Counted from the stretch's first letter, positions 17,426 to 26,818 are shown. The stretch: DNA of 38,335 bases from Actinomycetota bacterium (GCA_013152275.1 JAADGS010000014.1:1-38335); one strand, 5' to 3'. The notes: generated from the sequence alone by a model not told the origin. Numbers and translations are program-made.

Positions 17426-17513
17426 TACTCGTCGGCAACCAGCCAAGGGAAACCGGCGGTGCCGCCATTGTTGCATGCCCGCCAGGCGGTACAAGCCAAG
17501 ACACCCGAGGATC

Positions 17514-17566
17514 CCGTTCTCGTGACGGCTCGACGGGATTATTCCCGTGAACCGTCACGAAAACAG
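17514..17566. repeat. REP-like palindromic element, copy 2 (inverted relative to copy 1)
   Basis: CCGTTCTCGTGAC-27 nt-GTCACGAAAACAG; the reverse complement of its spacer shares TTCACGGGAATA with copy 1. Confidence 0.8.
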
Positions 17567-17567
17567 G

Positions 17568-18158
17568 ATGGAGGTCCCGAAGGGGGCGCTGGCCGGATGG
17601 TGCACAGACTTTCGACCGAGTGAAACAGCCATCGAGGCCATCCGAGAAAGGACAGGATCCTGGAAAGGCGCGCCTCGGGACACACGGCGCAAGCGACGGG
17701 CCGAAGTCGAGCGACCGAAAGTCGAATCCCGGGCCGACGTCCTCGAGCGATTGCCGGATCCGAGATGGCCGGCGGGCACCGTCATGTATCGGACCGAGGG
17801 CGCAAAGACGCAACGTAGGCTTCAAATGACGAACTCGGATCCGCGAGTGTTGCGGCTCTTCATGGCCCGGGCCGCAACATACCTGACTCCGAACCCGGAG
17901 TTCGCCCTGCAACTACAGCACCACGAGGGCAACGACGACCCACCGGCTCGCACCTACCGGACCAACGAACTCGGGCTCGCACACCCTGACTTCTACAAGA
18001 CCTTCGTCAAGCCGCGAGGAACTGGCCACCGCAAGAACCACCTCGAGCAAGGCGTGTGCGGCGTTCGACTACGAAGGAGCGCAAACACGTGGATCGTGGC
18101 CATGGCATGGATCGACGGCCTTTTGGCAGTATTCGGGGAACCTCGACAGCTCGGTTAG
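17568..18158 (+). pseudogene. Degenerate, 5'-truncated LAGLIDADG-like (HTH + homing-endonuclease-like) protein
   Basis: AGTVMYRTEGAK..LQMTNSDPRVLRLF..GVC resembles the LYWAEGxK..F.NSDP family often found next to tRNA genes. It starts mid-HTH (VPKGALAGW) and expected Trp residues appear as Arg. Confidence 0.55.
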
Positions 18159-18172
18159 ACTGCCGCTCCGCC

Positions 18173-18246
18173 GGGTCGCTAGCTCAATCTGGCAGAGCAG
18201 GGGCCTCTTAAGCCCAAGGTTGTGGGTTCAAGTCCCACGCGACCCA
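18173..18246 (+). tRNA. tRNA-Lys (CTT)
   Basis: GGGTCGCTAGCTCAATCTGGCAGAGC..CT-CTT-AA..GGTTCAAGTCC..GCGACCCA; a TAGACT -10-like box lies at 18156-18161. Confidence 0.95.
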
Positions 18247-18247
18247 C

Positions 18248-19459
18248 TCAGATCAAACTGGCCAGTCTCCCGATCTTCTCGAATGCCTCCAACGCTCTGT
18301 CGATCTGATCGTTCGTGTGCGTCGCCATGCAGCTCGTACGCAGCAACTGTCGCCCGTTCGGTGTCGCAGGAGAAACAACGGGATTCGTGTAGACACCCTC
18401 GTCGAGCAGCATGCGCCACATGCCGAAGGTGACCATGTCGTCACCGACGATGACCGGAACGATCGGAGAAACGGAGTTGCCGGTGTCGAAGCCCAGACGC
18501 TGAAGCCCGGTCCGCCACCGCTCGCCATTGAGCTGCAGCCGCTCGACCCGCTCCGGCTCGGACCGCATGATCTCCAACGCTGCCAGCGCGGCGGCGGCGT
18601 TGGGCGGAGGGATCGATGCCGAGAAGATCAGCGCACGGGCATGATGCTGGATGAAGTCCACCACTTGGGTGTCACCGGCGATGAACCCCCCGAGCGACGC
18701 GAACGACTTGGAGAACGTGGACATGATCAGATCGGTCTCGTCCACGACGCCGAAGTGTGCTGCAGTACCTCGCCCCGCCCCCATCACTCCCATGCCGTGG
18801 GCATCGTCCACCATCACTCGTGCCCCATATCGGTGGCTCAGATCGAGCATCTCGGGAAGTGGGGCCAAGTCCCCTTCCATACTGTAGAGGCCGTCGACAA
18901 CGACGAGGCGGCCCTGGTCGTCGGCAGTGGACAGCAATTGGCGTTCGAGGTCCCCGAGATCGTTGTGGCGGAAACGCTTGATTCTCCCCCAGCCGAGCCG
19001 AGCCGCATCGATGATGCTGGCGTGGTCGTCCTTGTCGAGGAACACGGTATCGCTCCGGCCGACCAGCGCGGAGATCGTGCCCAGGTTGGTCTGCATGCCC
19101 GTGGAGAACACGAGGGCAGCATCCTTGCCGACGAACTCGGCGAGCTGCCGTTCGAGTTCCAGGTGCATCTCCAGCGTCCCGTTGAGGAATCGCGACCCCG
19201 TACAACTGGTACCCATTTCCGCGATGGCCTTCATGGCCGCCTCGCGCACCTTCGGATGGGTCGTCAGGCCGAGGTAGTTGTTCGAACCGAACATCAGGAT
19301 ACGCCGGCCCTGGTAGATCGCCTCGGATCCCTCGTTGCTCTCGAGCGGGAGGAAGTACGGGTAGAACCCCGCCTCCCGAGCCTGTCGGGCACGGTCGAAC
19401 GCGAGTGCCTTCTCGAACACGTCGGCGCGTGAGGTCGCCGCATCGGGACGGTCGGTCAT
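18248..19459 (-). CDS. spt: PLP-dependent alpha-oxoamine synthase, probable serine palmitoyltransferase
   Basis: YPYF, MFGSNNYLGLT, GSRFLNGT, DHASI, DDAH, TFSKS (PLP lysine) and IFSAS match bacterial SPT better than BioF/Kbl; translationally coupled to a KDSR-like reductase. Confidence 0.75.
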   Translation of the reverse strand: MTDRPDAATSRADVFEKALAFDRARQAREAGFYPYFLPLESNEGSEAIYQGRRILMFGSNNYLGLTTHPKVREAAMKAIAEMGTSCTGSRFLNGTLEMHLELERQLAEFVGKDAALVFSTGMQTNLGTISALVGRSDTVFLDKDDHASIIDAARLGWGRIKRFRHNDLGDLERQLLSTADDQGRLVVVDGLYSMEGDLAPLPEMLDLSHRYGARVMVDDAHGMGVMGAGRGTAAHFGVVDETDLIMSTFSKSFASLGGFIAGDTQVVDFIQHHARALIFSASIPPPNAAAALAALEIMRSEPERVERLQLNGERWRTGLQRLGFDTGNSVSPIVPVIVGDDMVTFGMWRMLLDEGVYTNPVVSPATPNGRQLLRTSCMATHTNDQIDRALEAFEKIGRLASLI

Positions 19460-20292
19460 CGTTGCTCGGCCTTTCTCGTTGCCTTCTTCAGGTCACGATC
19501 CATGATGATGCGAACCAGACCCGGAGCGTACCGGTTCACTCGCCAGATCCAGCCGGATCCCTTGGGATGGATGCTGAACCGTCCAGCGAGGATCCCGTCG
19601 ACGAACGTGCGGGCGACCTCGTCGGGAGACAGGAGCCCGGCGCTCTCCGACATGATGGCCGTCTCCGCAGGTTTCGTCTTGTTCTCGTTCGCCAGACCGG
19701 GGGTTTCCGTGTCGGGTGGGAACAGGACGGAGAACCCGATCCCGCGCGGCTTGAGTTCGTGCCGCAGCGACTCGGCGAGACCGACGACGGCGAACTTCGA
19801 AGGTGCATAGGCGCTGTAGCCGATCATGCCGAAGTACCCCATCATCGACGAGATGAACGACACGTGACCTTTGTGAGCCTCGACGAAGTGGGGAAGAAGC
19901 GCCAGTGTCGGAATGAGCTGCCCCAGGTAGTTCAGCTGCATCTGGCGCCGGAAATCATCGAGCGTGAGTTCGTGCACGTACCCCGGGCGGGCTCCGCCGA
20001 CGCAGTTGATGAGATGATCGGGGACTCCCCTGCGTTCGATGAGGTCTGCCAGAGCGGGGGTCACCTGATCGTTGTCGGTGGTATCGAGGGCGGTCGTCTC
20101 CACGAACTGGTCGCTGCTCGTTGCGAGTTGGGAGAGTTCTGCCGCCGTATCCGCAAGCGCCTGACGGCCGCGGGCGATGAGGACGACGCTACCGCCCCGA
20201 GACACCACCTGTCGCGCCGTGGCCCGCCCGATCCCCATCGACGCACCAGTGATGATGGAGACCGTACCGGCGAACCCTTTGCCCTTCACCAT
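19456..20292 (-). CDS. SDR oxidoreductase, 3-ketodihydrosphingosine reductase (KDSR/Tsc10)-like
   Basis: TGASMGIG, NYLG, SS..G..GYSAYAPSKFA, and FPPDTETPGLANENKTKPAET, the segment characteristic of eukaryotic KDSR; ATGA overlap with spt. Confidence 0.8.
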   Translation of the reverse strand: MVKGKGFAGTVSIITGASMGIGRATARQVVSRGGSVVLIARGRQALADTAAELSQLATSSDQFVETTALDTTDNDQVTPALADLIERRGVPDHLINCVGGARPGYVHELTLDDFRRQMQLNYLGQLIPTLALLPHFVEAHKGHVSFISSMMGYFGMIGYSAYAPSKFAVVGLAESLRHELKPRGIGFSVLFPPDTETPGLANENKTKPAETAIMSESAGLLSPDEVARTFVDGILAGRFSIHPKGSGWIWRVNRYAPGLVRIIMDRDLKKATRKAEQR

Positions 20293-20402
20293 CCGCGAGA
20301 GCTATGGGAGGGGGATACTCGATCGAACACACGGGGAGATTACACGGTGCGGTTGACGGGTGCGGACCGAGTTGCCGGCTTCGCCTGGCAGAATGGGGAG
20401 AC

Positions 20403-20487
20403 GCGGGCGTAGCCGAATTGGCATAGGCGCCAGACTTAGGATCTGGTGGGCGTAGGCCCGATGTGGGTTCGAGTCCCACCGCCCGCA
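20403..20487 (+). tRNA. tRNA-Leu (TAG)
   Basis: GCGGGCGTAGCCGAATTGGCATAGGC..CT-TAG-GA, long variable arm, GGTTCGAGTCC..CGCCCGCA. Confidence 0.96.
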
Positions 20488-20494
20488 CATTCCC

Positions 20495-20545
20495 CGTTCT
20501 CGTGACGTCTGGGCGAAACTATCCGGACGAAGCGTCACGAGAACG
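20495..20545. repeat. REP-like palindromic element, copy 3
   Basis: CGTTCTCGTGAC-27 nt-GTCACGAGAACG, 7 nt after tRNA-Leu. Confidence 0.85.
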
Positions 20546-20813
20546 AGAGGAAAGGGTCCCTCACCACTGTGCGTGGCCCCATGGCGACCAGACACGCCGA
20601 GTCTCGGCTCCTACGCACTAGTCCTCCCGCGCCGTGAAAAATGGGCTGGAAGACTCATTGCCGCCCCAGCCATCCTCGCGTAGTGTGTGCTTAACGACCA
20701 CCAAGCGTGGCAAATGGGGCTGAACTTCATGCGCAAGCATGAGACTGACCGGAAGAGCCGGGTAGCAGTGTAAGGACAAACAGGGAGGCGGCCCTGCCGG
20801 GCCGAATGGGCAC

Positions 20814-21647
20814 ATGGTTGATCAAGCTCGAAAGCAGATTGTCGCCGATCGTCGCGGCTACTCCGTCCATCTTCAAACCGAGGAACGCTCGGCCGTCGAA
20901 ACGGCACACGGGTCTTCCGATGGTGTGGTGATCGACCTCAGGGACAGGAGCGTCGTCGATCTCAGGGGCGAAGACGTCGTCGTTGAGATCACGAGGGCCA
21001 ACCGTGTGTTTCTCAGAGGCGACGAGGGCATCCTCGCCGCACCTGTCTGGCAACTCGGGATGAAGCGTGTCGTGGACATCGTCCTGTCGATCTTCTTCCT
21101 CGTCATCCTTTCTCCGGTCCTGATCGCCGCAGCCATCGCGGTGAAGTTGACCTCGCCGGGGCCGCTGCTCTACGTGCAGGACCGCGTCGGGAAGAACGGG
21201 AAGACCTTTCGATTCGCCAAGTTCCGCTCCATGCGAGACGGAGCCCACACCGAACTCGACGATCTCAGACACCTCAACGAAGTGGACGGACCTGTGTTCA
21301 AGATCCGGGACGATCCCCGCATCACACCGGTCGGTCGATTCATGCGCAAGTACAGCATCGACGAGCTACCTCAACTCTTCCACGTCCTCACCGGCGGGAT
21401 GAGCCTTGTCGGGCCGCGTCCGCCGATCCCGGCCGAAGTGGCCACATACGACGAGTGGCATCGTCAGCGTCTGCTGACGAAGCCGGGCATCACGTGCATA
21501 TGGCAGGTGAGCGGCCGTTCCGACCTCGACTTCGAGACCTGGGTCGAATTGGATGTGGAGTACATTCGGACATGGAAACCGAGCCTCGACTTCTTGATCC
21601 TGCTGAAGACCTTGCCTGCAGTCATCTCCGCGAGAGGTGCCTACTAG
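20814..21647 (+). CDS. Priming (initiating) phosphoglycosyl transferase, bacterial sugar transferase family
   Basis: KRVVDIV, KFRSM, DDPRIT, SIDELPQL, MSLVGPRP and KPGITCIWQVSGR motifs; start uncertain. Confidence 0.93.
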   Translation: MVDQARKQIVADRRGYSVHLQTEERSAVETAHGSSDGVVIDLRDRSVVDLRGEDVVVEITRANRVFLRGDEGILAAPVWQLGMKRVVDIVLSIFFLVILSPVLIAAAIAVKLTSPGPLLYVQDRVGKNGKTFRFAKFRSMRDGAHTELDDLRHLNEVDGPVFKIRDDPRITPVGRFMRKYSIDELPQLFHVLTGGMSLVGPRPPIPAEVATYDEWHRQRLLTKPGITCIWQVSGRSDLDFETWVELDVEYIRTWKPSLDFLILLKTLPAVISARGAY

Positions 21648-21833
21648 GAGGGCCACCCGGAACGCTTCTCAAGACTCGCGTACGCGTTGCCGATTGACGA
21701 GTGAGAGCGGGACGGCGATGTCGTCCATCGTCTAGTGTGAAACACCACTCCGGGTGGCCGTCCGTCAGCCGGGCGGAGGAGGCCTGATGAACCAGGGAAT
21801 CGTAGGAAACCGGTCGGCGGGTCGGGGATGTCC

Positions 21834-22895
21834 ATGAAGATCCTCGTCACCGGACACAACGGCTACATCGGTGCAGTGCTCGTGCAGCTTCTCCAGGGTG
21901 CCGGCCATGAAGTGGTCGGGCTGGACACCTACTGGTTCTCGGACTGCCATCACGGCCCGGCACCGGCAGACCCGCCGGCGTTGCGCATGGACCTGCGAGA
22001 TGTGACCGCGCAGGACCTCGAAGGTTTCGACGCCGTGATGCATCTGGCGGCCCTCTCGAACGACCCGTTGGGCGATCTCAGCCCGGAGTACACGTTCGAC
22101 ATCAACCTGCACGCCTCCGTGCAGCTCGCCGAGGCGGCAAAGGCCGCCGGAGTCCCCCGATTCATCTTCTCCTCCTCCTGTTCCCTCTATGGGGCTCCCG
22201 GCACCGACGAACTGGTGGACGAGACCGCGGCGTTCGGGCCGATCACGCCCTACGGCGTCTCCAAGATCAAGGTCGAGCAGCAAGTCGCAGCTCTGGCCGA
22301 CGACGACTTCAGCCCCACCTACCTTCGCAACACGACCGCCTACGGCTGGTCACCACAGTTGCGGGGCGACATCGTGGTCAACAACCTCGTTGCCTATGCC
22401 TTCACGACAGGCGAGGTGCTCATCAAGAGCGACGGGTCTCCCTGGAGGCCACTCGTTCATGTCGAGGACATCGCCAGGGCGTTCCTCGCCGTCGCCGAAG
22501 CTCCGAGAGCAGTGATCCACAACCAGGCTTTCAATGTCGGAAGGACCGACGAGAACTACCAGATCTCCGCGGTGGCCGACCTCGTGGCGCAGGTCGTTCC
22601 GAACAGCCGCGTCGTGTACGCACCCGGCGGTGAACCCGACACCCGCAGCTACCGGGTCGATTTCTCCAAGATCGCCGACGCTCTACCCGACGCACGACCA
22701 CGATGGACGGTCCTTCAAGGCATCGAGGAGCTCTACGAGGCGTACCAGAAGTATGGGCTCACCCTGGACGAGTTCGAGAACAGATACCTGCGGATCCGTC
22801 ACCTCCGCCGCCTCCTCGCCGACGGACGCCTCACCCCCTCCCTACGATGGCGGTCCGCCGAACACACCGCACAGGTGGGAAGCCAAGATGCGTGA
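21834..22895 (+). CDS. NAD-dependent nucleotide-sugar epimerase/dehydratase
   Basis: VTGHNGYIG, SSCSLYG and YGVSK extended-SDR motifs. Confidence 0.9.
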   Translation: MKILVTGHNGYIGAVLVQLLQGAGHEVVGLDTYWFSDCHHGPAPADPPALRMDLRDVTAQDLEGFDAVMHLAALSNDPLGDLSPEYTFDINLHASVQLAEAAKAAGVPRFIFSSSCSLYGAPGTDELVDETAAFGPITPYGVSKIKVEQQVAALADDDFSPTYLRNTTAYGWSPQLRGDIVVNNLVAYAFTTGEVLIKSDGSPWRPLVHVEDIARAFLAVAEAPRAVIHNQAFNVGRTDENYQISAVADLVAQVVPNSRVVYAPGGEPDTRSYRVDFSKIADALPDARPRWTVLQGIEELYEAYQKYGLTLDEFENRYLRIRHLRRLLADGRLTPSLRWRSAEHTAQVGSQDA

Positions 22896-24135
22896 GCACA
22901 CCGCGTCCACACCCCTCTGCCGCTTCTGCAACGCGCCGCTCGGTTTCACGTTCGTCGATCTGGGCATGTCGCCTTTCTGCGAGAGCTTCCTCGGCGAGGA
23001 CCAGCTCAACCAGATGGAGCCGTTCTACCCGCTCCACGTCTACGTCTGCGATCGGTGCTTCCTGGTGCAGCTCGAGGAGTACGTCGCCCCCGAGGACATC
23101 TTCACCGAGTACGCCTACTTCTCTGCCTACTCGGACAGCTGGCTCGCCCACGCGAAGGCATACGTCGACATGATCACCGAACGACTCGCCTTGGATCACA
23201 CATCGAGCGTCGTCGAGTTGGCGAGCAACGACGGGTACCTGCTTCAGTATTTCGTCCAAAAGGGTATCCCCGCCCTCGGGATCGAACCTGCCGCCAACGT
23301 TGTGAAGGCGGCGGAGGAGCGAGGAGTCGATACGCTGGTCGAGTTCTTTGGCGCGGCGTTGGCCCGGCGTCTGGTGACGGAGGGCAGAATGGCCGACCTG
23401 ATCATCGGCAACAATGTGCTCGCCCAGGTCCCGGACCTCAATTCGTTCGTGGAGGGCATCAAGACGCTCCTGGCCCCCGGCGGAGTCGTCACCATCGAGT
23501 TCCCCCACCTGCTCCGTCTCATGGACGAGAATCAGTTCGACACGATCTATCACGAGCACTTCTCCTACTTCTCGCTCTCGACCGCCGAACGGATCTTCGC
23601 AGCGCACCGGCTGACACTCTTCGATGTCGAGGAGTTGCCCACGCACGGCGGATCCCTGCGGATCTACGCCAGGCACGTCGAGGACCTCTCCAAACCGGTC
23701 ACTCCCGGTGTCGTCGCACTTCGTCAACGTGAAGCCGCCGCGGGACTCAACGGCCTGGATGCATACCGCCTCTTCCGTGAACGGGTGGAGGCAACCAAGC
23801 GAGACCTCCTCGAATTCCTCATCGAGCGACGAAGAGCAGGCGAGTCGGTGGTCGGATACGGTGCGCCCGGCAAGGGCAATACGCTGTTGAACTACTGCGG
23901 CATACGAACGGATTTCCTCGACTACACGGTCGACCGGAACCCCTACAAGCACGGGATGTACCTTCCGGGAACCCACATCCCGATCTACCCTCCCGACAGG
24001 ATCGAGGAGACAAGACCGGACTACATCCTCATCCTGCCATGGAATCTGAAGAACGAGATCGCCAAACAACTCGCCTACACGGCGGATTGGGGTGCGAAAC
24101 TGGTCGTGCCCATCCCCCGGGTGCAGACGCTATGA
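22888..24135 (+). CDS. NDP-hexose C-methyltransferase (Zn-binding, NovU/TcaB9-like)
   Basis: CRFC..CDRC Zn site, ELASNDG, IYHEHFSYFS, HGGSLR, YGAPGKG, ILPWN. Start moved to ATG 22888, overlapping the upstream stop. Confidence 0.9.
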   Translation: MREHTASTPLCRFCNAPLGFTFVDLGMSPFCESFLGEDQLNQMEPFYPLHVYVCDRCFLVQLEEYVAPEDIFTEYAYFSAYSDSWLAHAKAYVDMITERLALDHTSSVVELASNDGYLLQYFVQKGIPALGIEPAANVVKAAEERGVDTLVEFFGAALARRLVTEGRMADLIIGNNVLAQVPDLNSFVEGIKTLLAPGGVVTIEFPHLLRLMDENQFDTIYHEHFSYFSLSTAERIFAAHRLTLFDVEELPTHGGSLRIYARHVEDLSKPVTPGVVALRQREAAAGLNGLDAYRLFRERVEATKRDLLEFLIERRRAGESVVGYGAPGKGNTLLNYCGIRTDFLDYTVDRNPYKHGMYLPGTHIPIYPPDRIEETRPDYILILPWNLKNEIAKQLAYTADWGAKLVVPIPRVQTL

Positions 24136-24172
24136 GGACGCAACGTGTGACGGCAGGACACGGAGGAACCCC

Positions 24173-24961
24173 ATGAAAGTCGTACTGTTCTGCGGCGGAC
24201 AAGGAACCCGCCTTCGCGACTACTCGGAGACGATCCCAAAGCCGATGGTCCCCGTCGGCTACCGACCGATTCTGTGGCACGTCATGAAGTACTACGCCCA
24301 CTTCGGGCACCGGGACTTCATCCTGGCGTTGGGCTATCGGGCCGACGCCATCAAGGACTTCTTCCTGCACTACGAAGAAGCGGTCTCGAACGACTTCGTC
24401 CTTTCCGACGGGGGCAAGCGAATCGAGCTGGCGAACAGCGACATCGCCGACTGGACGATCACCTTCGTCGATACCGGCGCTGCCTCGAGCATCGGAGAAC
24501 GGCTGCGCAGGGTCCGCCGGCACCTCGAAGGTGAGGAGGTGTTCATGGCCAACTACGCCGACGGGGTCACGGACCTGCACCTTCCCAGCTACATCGACGA
24601 ATTCATGCGTCGCGATGTCGTCGCGAGCGTTGTCGCCATCCGCCCACCCGGCAGCTACCACGCGATGCAGATCGACGAGGATGGGTGGGTACGTGGGAGC
24701 ATGCCCATCGCCGCTACCGACACCTGGATCAACGGCGGGTATTTCATCTTCAAGAAGGCGATCTTCGACTACATGCAGAAAGGTGAAGAACTGGCCGTTG
24801 AACCGTTCGCACGCCTCATCAAGGATCACCAACTCGTAGCTCATCGACACACCGGCTTCTGGGCACCGATGGACACGTTCAAGGACAAGCAGCTGCTCGA
24901 CGATCTCTACCGTAGCGGCAACGCCCCCTGGCAAGTGTGGAACGGCGCCAACGGGGCCTGA
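24173..24961 (+). CDS. rfbF: Glucose-1-phosphate cytidylyltransferase
   Basis: LFCGGQGTRL..PKPMV, FVDTG, INGGYF and GFWAPMDTFKDK; ATG 24173 with GGAGG SD. Confidence 0.88.
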   Translation: MKVVLFCGGQGTRLRDYSETIPKPMVPVGYRPILWHVMKYYAHFGHRDFILALGYRADAIKDFFLHYEEAVSNDFVLSDGGKRIELANSDIADWTITFVDTGAASSIGERLRRVRRHLEGEEVFMANYADGVTDLHLPSYIDEFMRRDVVASVVAIRPPGSYHAMQIDEDGWVRGSMPIAATDTWINGGYFIFKKAIFDYMQKGEELAVEPFARLIKDHQLVAHRHTGFWAPMDTFKDKQLLDDLYRSGNAPWQVWNGANGA

Positions 24962-24980
24962 CGAAGGAAACGGACCGCCG

Positions 24981-25640
24981 ATGCAGACACTCTCGCTCGA
25001 CACGGAAACTCCGACCATTCTGTGTCTGGGGGCACACAGCGACGACATCGAGATCGGATGTGGAGCCACCGTTCTCCGCCTGCTCGACGCGCTGCCCGGA
25101 GCCTCGGTGCAGTGGGTCGTGTTCAGCGCGCATGGCGAGCGGGCGGCAGAGGCCCGACGCGGCGCCGACCTGTTCGCCGGAGATCGCCTCGCCGAATTCG
25201 GTGCACACGACTTCCGTGACGGTTTCTTTCCCGGGGCCTTCGGCGAGCTCAAGGAGCGCTTCCGGGAACTGGCCCGGACCGTCGAGCCGGATCTCGTCCT
25301 CACCCACTGGCGCAGGGATGCTCACCAGGATCATCGGCTGGTGGCGGAGCTGACCTGGCAGACGTTTCGCGACCATTTCGTTCTCGAATACGAGATCCCC
25401 AAGTACGACGGCGATCTCGGATCACCGAACGTGTACCTGCCGGTCGCCCGGGAGCAGGCCGACCGCAAGATCGCGTATCTGATGGAGGCGTTTCGCTCCC
25501 AGCACGGCAAGTACTGGTTCAACGACGAGGCGCTCCGCTCCCTGATGACGATCCGAGGTGTCGAGTGCAAGTCCTCCAGCGGCTTCGCGGAGGCCTTCTA
25601 TGGCTACAAGGTCGTGCTGAACGCAGGCGAGCGTGACTGA
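24981..25640 (+). CDS. PIG-L family deacetylase-like protein
   Basis: GAHSDDIEIGCG and DAHQDH metal-binding motifs. Confidence 0.88.
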   Translation: MQTLSLDTETPTILCLGAHSDDIEIGCGATVLRLLDALPGASVQWVVFSAHGERAAEARRGADLFAGDRLAEFGAHDFRDGFFPGAFGELKERFRELARTVEPDLVLTHWRRDAHQDHRLVAELTWQTFRDHFVLEYEIPKYDGDLGSPNVYLPVAREQADRKIAYLMEAFRSQHGKYWFNDEALRSLMTIRGVECKSSSGFAEAFYGYKVVLNAGERD

Positions 25641-26814
25641 ACCTCGCGCCTCGACATGCTGGAGCTGTGGAGCTGCGGACCTCGTTCCCTTCTTCGAATC
25701 CCGATCGGTTCCGACGAGTTCCTGCGTGCTGCTGCCGAGCAGACAGGAAGCCGAGGCATGGCCCGTCGGGAACCTTCGACTCGCCTTCTGCCCGGCCTGC
25801 GGTTTCATCCAGAACGAGCTGTTCGATCCGGATTTGATCGACTACACCCAGCCCTACGAGGAGAGCCAGGCATTCTCGGCGACGTTCGCCCGATTTGCGA
25901 CGGCGTTGGCGAACCGGCTGATCGACTCCTACGACATACGTCACAAGGACGTCTTCGAAATCGGATGCGGCAAGGGCGACTTCCTGAAGCTGGTCTGCGA
26001 ACTCGGCGCCAACCGCGGCCTGGGCATCGATCCCGCGTTCACCGAGGGGCGGCTGGAGACCACCGCGGACGTGAGGGTGTTGAATGAGTTCTTCTCTGAG
26101 CGCACCACCCACCTCACGGGCGATCTCATCACTTGTGTCCACACCCTCGAGCACATCCAGGCGGTGGGCGACTTCATGAAGCTGATCAGGCAATCGGCCG
26201 ATCACCGCGCCGGATCGGTCGTGTTCGTCGAGGTGCCCGACACCATGCGTATCCTGTCGGAAGGCGCGTTTTGGGACATCTACTACGAGCACTGCTCCTA
26301 TTTCACGCTCGGTTCGCTCGGCCGCCTGCTGCGTGCGTCCGGTTTCCATCTCCTCTCCCTGGAGACCGCATACGACGACCAGTACCTGCTCGTCGAGGCA
26401 ACGGCTTCGAGCAACGGACCGGATGCCCACTTCCCGGGGGAAGACGATCTCGATCAGGTCGCGAAGCGAGTTGGCACCTTTTCCGACGCCGCCTATGCGG
26501 CGATTCGAAGTTGGGAACGCCGTCTGGAGGATGCAGAGGCGGCAGGGAAACGTGTGGTGGTATGGGCTGCCAGCTCGAAGGGCGTCAGTTTCCTCACCAC
26601 GTTGGAGGGCGGACGAACGGTGAGCCACGTCGTGGACATCAACCCCTACAAGCAGGGCAAATTCATGCCGGGCACGGGGCAGGAGATCGTTGCGCCCGAG
26701 TTCCTCAGGACCTCTCCGCCGGATCTGGTGATCGTGATGAACCCCATCTATCTCGAGGAGATCCGCGCAGACCTCACCCGGCTCGGGCTGGCTCCGGAGG
26801 TCGTGGCGGTCTGA
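25633..26814 (+). CDS. SAM-dependent sugar methyltransferase (C-methyltransferase-like)
   Basis: CWSC..CPAC, EIGCGKG, HTLEH, YYEHCSYF, VDINPYKQG. Confidence 0.85.
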   Translation: MTEPRASTCWSCGAADLVPFFESRSVPTSSCVLLPSRQEAEAWPVGNLRLAFCPACGFIQNELFDPDLIDYTQPYEESQAFSATFARFATALANRLIDSYDIRHKDVFEIGCGKGDFLKLVCELGANRGLGIDPAFTEGRLETTADVRVLNEFFSERTTHLTGDLITCVHTLEHIQAVGDFMKLIRQSADHRAGSVVFVEVPDTMRILSEGAFWDIYYEHCSYFTLGSLGRLLRASGFHLLSLETAYDDQYLLVEATASSNGPDAHFPGEDDLDQVAKRVGTFSDAAYAAIRSWERRLEDAEAAGKRVVVWAASSKGVSFLTTLEGGRTVSHVVDINPYKQGKFMPGTGQEIVAPEFLRTSPPDLVIVMNPIYLEEIRADLTRLGLAPEVVAV

Positions 26815-26818
26815 GGAG

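Noticed and set aside
18248..19459. Annotation as bioF or kbl
   Set aside because: No biotin or tdh genes are adjacent; TFSKS/GSRFLNGT motifs and the coupled KDSR-like gene favour SPT, though this is unproven without phylogeny.
17056..20487. tRNA genes lacking 3' CCA
   Set aside because: Common in actinobacteria, where CCA is added enzymatically; not evidence of pseudogenes.
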